A stretch of 64,000 nt of DNA from Puccinia triticina (lineage: Eukaryota). The position numbers were made by a program, and so were the translations under genes. The stretch is from NCBI GenBank assembly GCA_026914245.1, contig CP110440.1, positions 2,232,001 through 2,296,000 on the forward strand, given 5' to 3'. Below, piece by piece: positions 1 to 10,372 of the stretch. The notes below the pieces were generated by a model. The model did no database searches, was not told where the DNA came from, and worked only from the letters and a program-made list of their open reading frames with translations. Positions within the stretch are counted from its first letter, which is position 1. Each line of letters starts with the position of its first letter.

Positions 1-3000
1 GATGTGGTCAGTTGCCAAATATCACTAATTTGGTAGTTTCTTGGTGTTTCTGCCACTATATCTAAGCGCAACATGGGAGTTCTTCCATGATATTGGTACC
101 AAAATGATCAAATGCCCCTGAAGATTCATTGTGTACCTTGAATGACCACAATACCCCCAAATGTAGCAGCCACACTGTGATCAGTTGCAGAATATCACTA
201 ATTTGGTAGTTTCTTGGTGTTTCTGCCACTATATCTCATCACAGCATGGGAGTTCTTCCATGATATTGGTACCAAAATGATCACATGCCCTCAGAAATTC
301 ATTGAGTACCTTTTGTGACCACAAAACCCCCAAATGTGGCAGCTACAATGTGATCAGTTGCCAAATATCACTAATTTGGTGTTTCTGCCACTATATCTCA
401 GCGCAGCATGGGAGTTCTTCCATGATATTGGTAACAAAATGATCACACGCCCCTGAAGATTCATTGTGTACCTTGAATGACCACAATACCCCCAAATGTA
501 GCAGCCACACTGTGATCAGTTGCAAAATATCACTAATTTGGTAGTTCCTTGGTGTTTCTGCCACTATATCTCAGTGCAGCATGGGAGTTCTCCCATGATA
601 TTGGAACCAAAATGATCAAATGCCCCCAAAAATTCATTGTGTACCTTGAATGACCACAAAAACCTCAAATGTAGCAGCTACAAAGTGATCAGTTGCCAAA
701 TATCACTAATTTGGTAGTTTCTTGGTGTTTCTGCCACTTTATCTCAGCGCAGCGTGGGAGTCCTTTCATTATATTGGTACCAAAATGACCAAAAGCCCTC
801 AAAGATTCATTGTGTACCTTGAATGACCACAAAACCCCCAAATGTAGCAGCCACAATGTGATCGGTTGCCAAATATCACTAATTTGGGAGTTTCTTGGTG
901 TTTCTGCCACCATATCTCAGCGCAGCATGGGAGTTCTTCCATGATATTGGTACCAAAATGATCAAATGGCCCTGAAGATTCATTGTGTACCTTGAATGAC
1001 CACAATACCCCCAAATGTAGCAGCCACACTGTGATCAGTTGCAAAATATCACTAATTTGGTAGTTTCTTGGTGTTTCTGCTACTATATCTCAGCACAGCA
1101 TGGGAGTTCTTCCATGATATTGGTACCAAAATGATCACACGCCCTCAAACATTCATTGAGGCCCTTGGGTGACCACAAAACCCCCGAATGCAGCAGCCAC
1201 AATGTGATCAGTTGCCAAATATCACTAATTTGGTGTTTCTGCCACTATATCAGCGCAGCATGGGAGTTATTCCATTATATTGGTACCAAAATCATTGAAC
1301 ACCCTCAAACATTCATTGAGTACCTTGGATGACCACAAAACCCCCAAATTTAGCAGTGCCACTAGATCTCAACACAGCCTGGGAATTCTTCCACGATATT
1401 GCGATCCAAATGATTAATAGCCCCCAAGGATTCATTGTGTACCTTAAATGACCACGAAACCCCCTAATGTAGCCCCTATAATCTGATCAGTTGCCAAATA
1501 TCACTGATTTGGTAGTTTCTTGGTGTTTCTGCCACTATATCTCAACACAGCCTGGGAGTTCTTCCATGATATTGGTATCATAATGATCAATAGCCACCAA
1601 TGATTTATTGTGTACCTTGAATGACCACAATACCCCCAAATGTAGCAGCCAAAATGATCACATGCCCCCAAAAATTCATTGTGTACCTTGAATGACCACA
1701 AAAACCCCAAATGTAGCAACTACAAAGTGATCAGTTGCCAAATATCACTAATTTGGTAGTTTCTTGGTGTTTCTGCCACTTCATCTCAGCGCAGCGTGGG
1801 AGTCCTTTCATTATATTGGTGCCAAAATGATCAAAAGCCCTCAAAGATTCATTGTGTACCTTGAATGACCACAAAACCCCCAAATGTAGCAGCCACAATG
1901 TGATCGGTTGCCAAATATCACTAATTTGGTGTTTTCTTGGTGTTTTTGCCACCATATCTCGGCGCAGCATGGGAGTTCTTCCATGATATTGGTACCAAAA
2001 ATATCAAATGGCCCTGAAGATTAATTGTGTACCTTGAATGACCACAATACCCCCAAATGTAGCAGCCACACTGTGATCAGTTGCCGAATATCACTAATTT
2101 GGTGTTTCTGCCACTATATCTCAGCGCAGCATGGGAGTTATTTCATTATATTGGTACCAAAGTGATTGAACACCCTCAAACATTCATTGAGTACCTTGGA
2201 TGACCACAAAACCCCCAAATGTAGCAGCCACAATGTGATCAGTTGACAAATATTGCTAATTTGGTAATTTCTTGATGTTTCTGCCACTATATCTCAGCAC
2301 AGCATGGGAGTTCTTCCATGATATTGTTACCAAAATGCTCACATGCCCTCAAACATTCATTGAGTACCTTGGAGCACAGGGTGGGAGTTCTTCCATGATG
2401 TTGGTACCAAAATGATCAAATGGTGCTGAAGATTCATTGTGTACCTTCGATGACCACAAGACCCCCAAATGTAGCAGCCACAATGTGATCAGTTGGCAAA
2501 TGTTCTAATTTGGTAGTTTCTTGGTGTTTCTGCCACTATATCTCAGCGCAGCATGGGAGTTCTTCCATGATATTGGTACCAAAATGATCACATGCCCTCA
2601 AAAATTCATTGAGTACCTTGGATGACCACAAAACCCCCAAATTTAGCAGCCACAATGTGATCAATTGCCAAATATCACTAATTTGGTAGTTTCTTGGTGT
2701 TTCTGCCACTATATCTCACCTCAGCGTGGGAGTTCTTCCATGATGTTGGTACCAAAATGATCAAATTCCCCTGAAGATTCATTGTGTACCTTGAATGACC
2801 ACAATACCCCCAAATGTAGCAGCCACACTGTGATCAGTTGCCAAATATCACTAATTTGGTAGTTTCTTGGTGTTTCTGCCACTATATCTCACCTCAGCGT
2901 GGGAGTTCTTCCATGATGTTGGTACCAAAATGATCAAATTCCCCTGAAGATTCATTGTGTACCCTGAATGACCACAATACCCCCAAATGTAGCAGCCACA

Positions 3001-3019
3001 CTGTGATCAGTTGCCAAAT
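1..3019 (+). repeat. Satellite array, ~173-bp monomer (162-bp deletion variant), forward arm; runs off the left edge
   Basis: TGATCAGTTGC-type motif recurs at about 5, 178, 351, 513, 686 and onward. The block at ~620-1040 is nearly repeated at ~1660-2080. Confidence 0.95.
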
Positions 3020-4533
3020 TAGTGATATTTGGCAACCATTCACATTGTAGCTGCTACATTTGGGGGTTTTGTGGTCATTCAAGGTACACAATTCATCTTT
3101 GAGGGCATCCAATCATTTTGGTCCCAATATCATTGAAGAATTCCCACGCTGCGCTGAGATATAGTGGCAGAAACACCAAGAAACTACCAAATTGGTGATA
3201 TTTGGCAACTGATCACATTGTGGCTGCTACATATGTGGGTTTTGTGGTCATTCCAGGTACTCAATGAATCTTTGAGGGAATTTGATCATTTTGATACCAA
3301 TATTATGGAAGAAATCCCACGCTGCGCTGAGATATAGTGGCAGAAACACGAGAAACCACCAAATTAGTGATATTTTGCAACTGATCACATCCTAGCTGCT
3401 ACATTTGGGGGTATTGTGGTCATTCAAGGTACACAATTAACCTTCAGGGGAATTTGATCATTTTGGTACCAATATCATGGAAGAACTCCCACGCTGTGCT
3501 GAGATATAGTGGCAGAAACACCAAGAAACTACCAAATTAGTGATATTTGGTAACTGATCACATTGTGGCTGCTACATTTGGGGGTTTTGTGGTCATTCAA
3601 GGTACCCAATGAATTTTCAGGGGCATTTGATCATTTTGGTACCAATATCATGGAAGAACTCCCATGCTGCGCTGAGATATAGTGGCAGAAACACCAAGAA
3701 ACTACCAAATTAGTGATATTTGGTGACTGATCACATTGTGGCTGCTACATTTGGAGGTTTTGTGGTCATCAAAGGTACTCAATGAATGTTTGAGGGCATG
3801 TGATTATTTTGGTACCAATATCATGGAAGAACTCCCAGGCTGCTTTGAGATATAGTGGCAGAAACACCAAGAAACTACCAAATTAGTGATATTTGGCAAC
3901 TGATCAGGTCGTAGGGCTACATTAGGGAGTTTTATGGTAATTTAAGGTACACAATGAATCCTTGGGGACTATTGATCATTTTGAAACCAATATCATGGAA
4001 GAACTCCCAGGTTGTGTTGAGATATAGTGGCAGAAACACCAAGAACCTACCAAATTAGTGAGATTTGGCAACTGATGAGATTGTAGCTGCCACATTTGGG
4101 GGTTTTGTGGTCATTTAAGGTACACAATGGATCCTTGGGGGCTATTAAACATTTCGATACCAATATCATGGAAGAACTCCCAGGCTGTGTTGAGATATAG
4201 TGGCAGAAACACCAAGAAAGTACCAAATCAGTGATATTTGGCAACTGATCAGGTCGTACGGGCTACATTAGGGAGTTTTGTGGTCATTCAAGTTACACAA
4301 TGAATCCTTGGGGACTATTGATCATTTTGAAACCAGTATCATGGAAGAACTCCTGGGCTGTGTTGAGATATAGTGGCAGAAACACCAAGAAACTACCAAA
4401 TTAGTGATATTTGGCCACTGATCAGATTGTAGCAGCTACATTTGGGGATTTTTGTTGGAATATATGCTTCAAGCTCCATTTGAGGGGCCAAGCTATATGA
4501 TCTAATATCCAAATATCACCAGTAAGACCAACT

Positions 4534-4608
4534 GTGTGTTTAGCTCAGTGGTATAAGAGCAGCTCTCATGAACGTAGAAGGTCGTGGGTTCAAATCCCAC
4601 AACACACA
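4534..4608 (+). ncRNA. tRNA-like Pol III cassette in 5' LTR (degenerate anticodon arm)
   Basis: Acceptor GTGTGTT/AACACAC, D-arm GCTC..GAGC with A box TAGCTCAGTGG, T-arm GTGGG-TTCAAAT-CCCAC (B box), TTTT at 4613-4616. The anticodon stem pairs poorly. Confidence 0.85.
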
Positions 4609-4921
4609 ATTCTTTTCACCTGAGTAATTTCAACACATCATCAGTACGGATGCTCTCAGTGAATTGAATTAAAGTTGGCTAAACCCTGTGAATACTTGAT
4701 ATTCATGCTTCCATATGCATATGCAATATTCAATTTCCTAATTGTTATGCATTAATCATTATCTATGATGCATGACAAACATACATGATTTGCATATGCA
4801 ATATTCATAGTTTGTTCATGGTGCATGAAGCAAGGGGGTGTGTTGGAATATATGCTTCAAGCTCCATTTGAGGGGCCAAGCTATATGATCTAATATACAA
4901 ATATCACCAGTAAGACCAACC

Positions 4922-4996
4922 GTGTGTTTAGCTCAGTGGTATAAGAGCAGCTCTCATGAAAGTAGAAGGTCGTGGGTTCAAATCCCACAACACACA
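4922..4996 (+). ncRNA. tRNA-like Pol III cassette in 3' LTR
   Basis: Copy of 4534-4608 with one substitution in the anticodon-arm region. Confidence 0.85.
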
Positions 4997-5819
4997 ATTC
5001 TTTTCACCTGAGTAATTTCAACAATTTTGTGGTCATTCAAGGTACACAATGAATCTATGGGGGCTTTTCAAAATTTCGGTACCAATTTCATGGAAAAATT
5101 CCCAGGCTGTGTTGAGATATAGTTGCAGAAATACCAAGAAACTAACAAAGTAGTGAGATTTGGCAACTGATCAGATTGCAGCTGCTGCATAATGGATGTG
5201 ACCCCAAAAACATTATTCCTGGGTTTTATATTCAGAAAAATTGTCCAAGAGAAATTTTATGTGGAAATATTCCTCATTAATCTGTGGTTGATAACAAAAG
5301 TAGATAAAAAAAAGAACCTGACAAAAATATGCTAAACCATGGTAAACTAATTTCAAAAAGGCCTCCTATGCATGTAGCACTTCAAGTATGATATGCAATA
5401 TCTGGGGCAAGTTCAAACAACCAAATCAAAAATGTGTGCAGGATGGTATCATGAGAGAGGGCAGGGGTCAATGTTTTTCCTTTTTTGAAAAAAAAGTCAA
5501 TTTGCAGACTTCTGATAACAGATCAATTGTTGAAGTAAAAAAAAAAAGAAGAGACCCCTCAGCCACCCTGGCTTAATCCTAAAACTTGAAATGTCTTTTT
5601 TTCAGGAAGAATTGAATGGTGTATGTAGAAATTTATGAATGTTATCAGGCAAAAAAAAAGATTCCTGTGGCTTGAAGCTAACACAAGGGGAAGGAGAGAG
5701 ATTATAGAATGGTATTAAGGAGACATGGAAAACAGACAAAGGTATCAAGAAGAATAATAAAAAAAAATTGATCAATATAAATTGATCAATATACGCTATA
5801 TTGATCAATATACGACATT

Positions 5820-6290
5820 GCAAATTCATCCATCTTGGTAGTGAGAGGACGTCCGGCCACGTGGACCGAGTGCTTAAGGATGGAGAGTTGAAGATTGGGA
5901 GACCCGCCGGGGCGTCTTCCATGGCATCCTCAGCCGCGATCTCCTGCTCCGTTTCCGACCGATTTGCCTTGATCTTTGCCCGCCTTTGCACGTGACATTG
6001 CGCCTCAATCCCGCTACAGTCAAATGACTCGATCGACTGCTCGCAGTCCCACAGTCGGATGTCCCGGTCTGTCGAGCCGGACACCAAAAGACCCAGATTA
6101 GGGATGATGTGGATTGACTTGACGAAGCCGACGTGGCCGGTAGAGGTTGATAATAAGACTTGGGTCTTTCAGGAAACAAATACAAATCAGCTGTATCAAA
6201 AAAAAAAAAAGCATGTACAATGCTCACCTCAACGTCCCATGTTTTGATGGTCTTGTCCCACAAGCCCGCGAATAAGATCTTGTGTTTTTG
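5820..6290 (-). pseudogene. WD40-repeat gene fragment
   Basis: LFAGLWDKTIKTWDVE, then a GT..AG intron, then GHVGFVKSIHI..LLVSGSTDRDIRLWD. About two WD repeats; no credible start or end. Confidence 0.7.
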
Positions 6291-6519
6291 TTGCGCTGTG
6301 ATGGGATGAGTGAAGAGGCTGGGAGGGAAGGATTGTTGGAGGTTTGGGCGTGTTAGCTTTGGGTTAGTGGCTGGTGAGCCCCTGGCAACTGGCTGGCTAC
6401 GGTTGGCAATGATGTGGCACTTGCAACAACATAACAACCGAGGGCGGTGCGGCGTGGCATTTTCAACAAGGCAGCGACCGATTTTTGCGCATCAAGGCCT
6501 ATTGAGGCGTAGACACAAG

Positions 6520-6980
6520 TGGTGGTGTGAGTGCGGGTGTTGAGTATATAAGGAGCCTCTGGAGTGGGGGATGAAAGCCAGGCGACTCCCCCGGCTGCGT
6601 TTCCAGCGGAGGTTTCGTCTCAACCCGTCCGCTGTTGCACTTGCGCAGTCTGGCGGGGATTATTCGTTGGCCCCCCTTTGCTTAACCGCTGGGGGTCATC
6701 CTCCCACTTGTTTTTTGACTCTGCTAGACAGGGATGGACAGTGGGCCACGATATCTCAGCTTACTGGATTAGGTGGCAGGTTGCGGGTTGCTTTTTTGAA
6801 TAAATTGTTGTAATGTGACTTTGTTGTGCCGTGTATTTTATGTGGGGAAAACCCTGGCCTTTTTCTTATGATTTCTGTAAAGGGGAATCCCTGGCATTTT
6901 TTTTTTTGTGATTTTGGTATTTTGTAGGGGGAACCCTTGAATTTTTTTTCCATGATTCTCAAGCTTTAATATACTTGGAT
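6520..6980 (+). repeat. Left arm of a diverged long inverted repeat (partner at 8542-8700 plus 14834-15140)
   Basis: AAGCTTTAATATACTTGGAT (6961) matches ATCCAAGTATATTAAAGCC (8542). GCTAGACAGGGATGG (6723) matches CCATCCCTGTCTAGC (14926). Confidence 0.8.
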
Positions 6981-7766
6981 TTTGCAGCAAAAACAACTTA
7001 AATTTTCATTATATAGTCATCAAAACCCTTTTAAACCACATCGCCATCCTCCATCCAGCTTCAAACCACAGGAAAACTCAGAAATCTACAGATTGGAGCT
7101 AACTCTTGGTGGCCAGTAGTTAAAAAAAAAGCCATATTATCAGTGTTTTCTAGTGTCCAGGAGTCGCGCGAAGGGTCCCGGCGGCGTCAAAAAGTTTGAA
7201 TTTGGCGATAGGAAAGGACATGAGGTTTTTCCCGAGTTGCGGATGGAGTAACGGACGGTGTGGCGTTTTTTACTAGGAATAAGGGCTCAAGAGGCTATGG
7301 ACAACGCTGGTGTACAACCCAGACCTTCTGCTCCTTATTATTAACGCTCATTTAGACTCTGGTGCACAATCCAGGCGGGTTTTCCTTTTGCTTTCTACTT
7401 CCGGACGTGCTCGGACTGGATTTTCATTCACTCTTTTAAGAAAGGTATCGGCGCTCGTTTCCCAAAGCCGCCGTATGGCTCAAAATTTTACCCTTGCATC
7501 TTGGCTTTCATTTGGCGGTCCATTTCGAGATTTCATCGAACGGTTCAAAAGATACAAGCGTTCAAAAAGTCGTGGATTGAGTCTTCTTAGCCCCGCGGAC
7601 CTATGGACTTCTCCTTTTCGAAAACCGTTACCGGCACACGACTAATTGGGCCAATTGCTAGCTCAAAATTTTCCCGGTCCTCTTGCCTTTCATTCCATCT
7701 AACTTTTATTGGATTATATCAAATGGTTTCGGTTTTATGAGCGGTTGAAGCTCGACTTTCATTATT

Positions 7767-7931
7767 GACGCCGGTGCGCGACCCGGATTGGTTCCTTCCT
7801 CACTCTCTTTCGACGCCGGTGCGCGACCCGGATTGGTTTCCTTTTCTCTTTATTTCCACATATCGACGCCGGTGCGCGACCCGGATGGTTTCTTTTCTCA
7901 CTCTCATTTCGACTCCGGTGCACGACCCGGT
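7767..7931 (+). repeat. Four copies of GAC(G/T)CCGGTGC(G/A)CGACCCGG separated by pyrimidine-rich spacers
   Basis: Copies start at 7767, 7812, 7865 and 7911. Confidence 0.85.
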
Positions 7932-8929
7932 TTAATCTTTTCTTTCTTTTCGAGTTCTTTCTCTTTTTGTTTCCCTTTCCTTTCCTTTCTCTTTATCCCC
8001 TTACTCCATGAATTTTGGACGACTAAAACAAAGATTTGCGATATCTACTCATTGCGCCTAGGAACAGACTCGCCGCAGCCCGCACCCAATCAAGTAACAC
8101 AGGATCAGCGCTATTAAGGAGCATCAAAAGCATCCTCAAGAGTAAAAATTAGTGTAAATAAGGACCTCTAGTCACCTCATGAAAAAAAGAGGGAAAAAAA
8201 AAGACATAAAAATCATGGAACTCACCCCCCCTTTTTTTTTCTGAATATTACTCTCCTTCAATTCCCTTCAGACCCTTTATTTCTATTAATATCATCTGGA
8301 AATTACACTCCTTCCCCAATCCCCCCCTTTTTTTTTTTTTTCTTTTTCCTTCATGAGCACTACCTCAGATAAAATTTCCTCACTCCTCTTTATGCCACTG
8401 GGATTATTCTTCATCCATAAAAATCTTTCAAACATATACTTCACCTTTCTGGCCACTTTGGACTACTTTTACTTTCCACTTTGGACTACTTCTTACTTCA
8501 GATACTCCAGCTATTCCTTTCCTACATATAACACCCACTTAATCCAAGTATATTAAAGCCTCAGGTTTACAGAAAAAAAATTCAAGGGTTCCCCCTTACA
8601 AAATGCAAAAATACAAAAAAAAAAATTCAAGGGTTCCCCCTTTACAAAACAAGCAATTAGAGGGCCAAAACCATCCTACAATTCCAGAAAAATACAAAAA
8701 GGGAGTTGAAAAATCGACTCCCAGGAATTAATAAATCGACTCCCAAAAGTCGTTTACGTCGCGCGGACCGTCTCGGGACGTCTCCCCTGGGTCCGCGCGA
8801 CTTCGCGCGGCCCCAAAATCAATTTGGGAGTCGATTAATTAATTCCCCTCTCGAGGATGGGAGTCGATAAATTAATTTAACAAAAAATGACGGAATATAC
8901 AAAAAAAATTATATCTTGTCACTGTTGTA

Positions 8930-9960
8930 CCCAAACGCCCTAAAAACTTTACAGCAATATAAATACACTCTTTAGAGAATATTTTGAGCTTCACGGCATT
9001 AGTACTCCTCAGGGAGACCCTGTGTAGCCGGGGGCGTATTTGGCCGATTTCCTACTAAGGCAAACCCCCAAAACCTTATCTACAGTGCTCCAAATGGCCC
9101 CAAATTGTTTTGGCTATAAGTTTACACTCTTTGAAACATATGATAAGCTTCAAGGAATTAGTACTCCTCAGGGAGACCCTGTGTAGCCGGGGGCGGATTT
9201 GGCGGATTTCCTACTAAGGCAAACCCCCGAAACCTTATCTACAGTGCTCCAAATGGCCCCAAATTGTTTTGGCTATAAGTTTACACTCTTTAAAACATAT
9301 GGTAAGCTTCAAGGAATTAGTACTCCTCAGGGAGACCCTGTGTAGCCGGGGGCGATTTGGCGGATTTCCTACTAAGGCAAACCCCCAAAACCAGATCTAC
9401 GGTGCTCCAAATGGCCCCAAATTGTTTTGGCTATAGGTTTACACTCTTTAAAACATATGGTAAGCTTCAAGAAATTAGTACTCCTCAGGGAGACCCTGTG
9501 TAGCCGGGGGCGGATTTGGCGGATTTCCTACTAAGGCAAACCCCCGAAACCTTATCTACAGTGCTCCAAATGGCCCCAAATTGTTTTGGCTATAAGTTTA
9601 CACTCTTTAAAACATATGGTAAGCTTCAAGGAATTAGTACTCCTCAGGGAGACCCTGTGTAGCCGGGGGCGATTTGGCGGATTTCCTACTAAGGCAAACC
9701 CCCGAAACCAGATCTACGGTGCTCCAAATGGCCCCAAATTGTTTTGGCTATAGGTTTACACTCTTTAAAACATATGGTAAGCTTCAAGGCATTAGTACTT
9801 CTCAGGGAGACCCTTTGTAGCTGGGGGCGGATTTGGCGGATTTCCTACTAAGGCAAACCCCCAAAACCTTATCTACGGTGCTAATATTTTTCTGCCATAA
9901 GAATACACTCTGCAGAAAAAATTATAAGCTCCAAGGAGGTATCACACATCAGGCACACCT
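8930..9960. repeat. 158/159-bp tandem repeat (~6 copies) inside the MULE
   Basis: AGTACT(C/T)CTCAGGGAGACCCT at 9001, 9160, 9319, 9477, 9636 and 9794. Confidence 0.95.
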
Positions 9961-10372
9961 TCTATCAGCCGTGGGTCAGCTACGCTAACCATAGCTGTCA
10001 GTGTAGTGTAGCGCTGTGCAAATGTGCTATTTTTTAGCGTAGTGTTAGTGCAATTGCGCACATTGGCGCTCACGCTACAAGCACAGGGTGCACAGCTATT
10101 CTAGGTTTTAGAGTAGCATTAGTGCAGATACGCGCAATTGCACTAACACCGCGAAAGAGCGCGCGCTACGCTGCGCGAAAGCGCTTTTGGCGGCAAGAAA
10201 GACCCTTTTTTTTGCCAAAATAGCCTTAGCGCAAAAAGGAGCAAAGGAATAAACATTGTAAGAATGGAAAGTGATAAAATTTTTAATATTCATGTATGCA
10301 TATGATGGGCAAAACCAAAAGACAACACAAACTAAAAATAATTAACTAAAAAAGATATAAAATTGGATACAA

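Larger units (their letters stand above)
4453..5023 (+). mobile_element. TRIM (miniature non-autonomous LTR retrotransposon) with tRNA-like cassettes in both LTRs
   Basis: 183-bp direct repeats at 4453-4635 and 4841-5023 (TGTTGGAA...TTCAACA, 3 differences). 5-bp TSD ATTTT at 4448-4452 and 5024-5028. 205-bp non-coding interior ending in purine tract GAAGCAAGGGGGTG just before the second LTR. Confidence 0.93.
3014..5190 (-). repeat. Same 173-bp satellite in inverted orientation, interrupted by a TRIM
   Basis: Monomers read as reverse complement (GAGATATAGTGGCAGAAACACCAAGAAACTACCAAATTAGTG) from 3014 to ~5190. The phase resumes after 5023. Confidence 0.95.

Noticed and set aside
689..4244. Short repeated ORFs in the satellite
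   Set aside because: Chance frames of a tandem repeat, broken in most monomers.
4534..4996. Two functional tRNA-Met genes
   Set aside because: The anticodon stem does not pair and both copies are parts of LTRs.
7767..7931. CRISPR-like repeat-spacer pattern
   Set aside because: Spacers are mutually similar pyrimidine tracts, there are no cas genes, and the context is eukaryotic.
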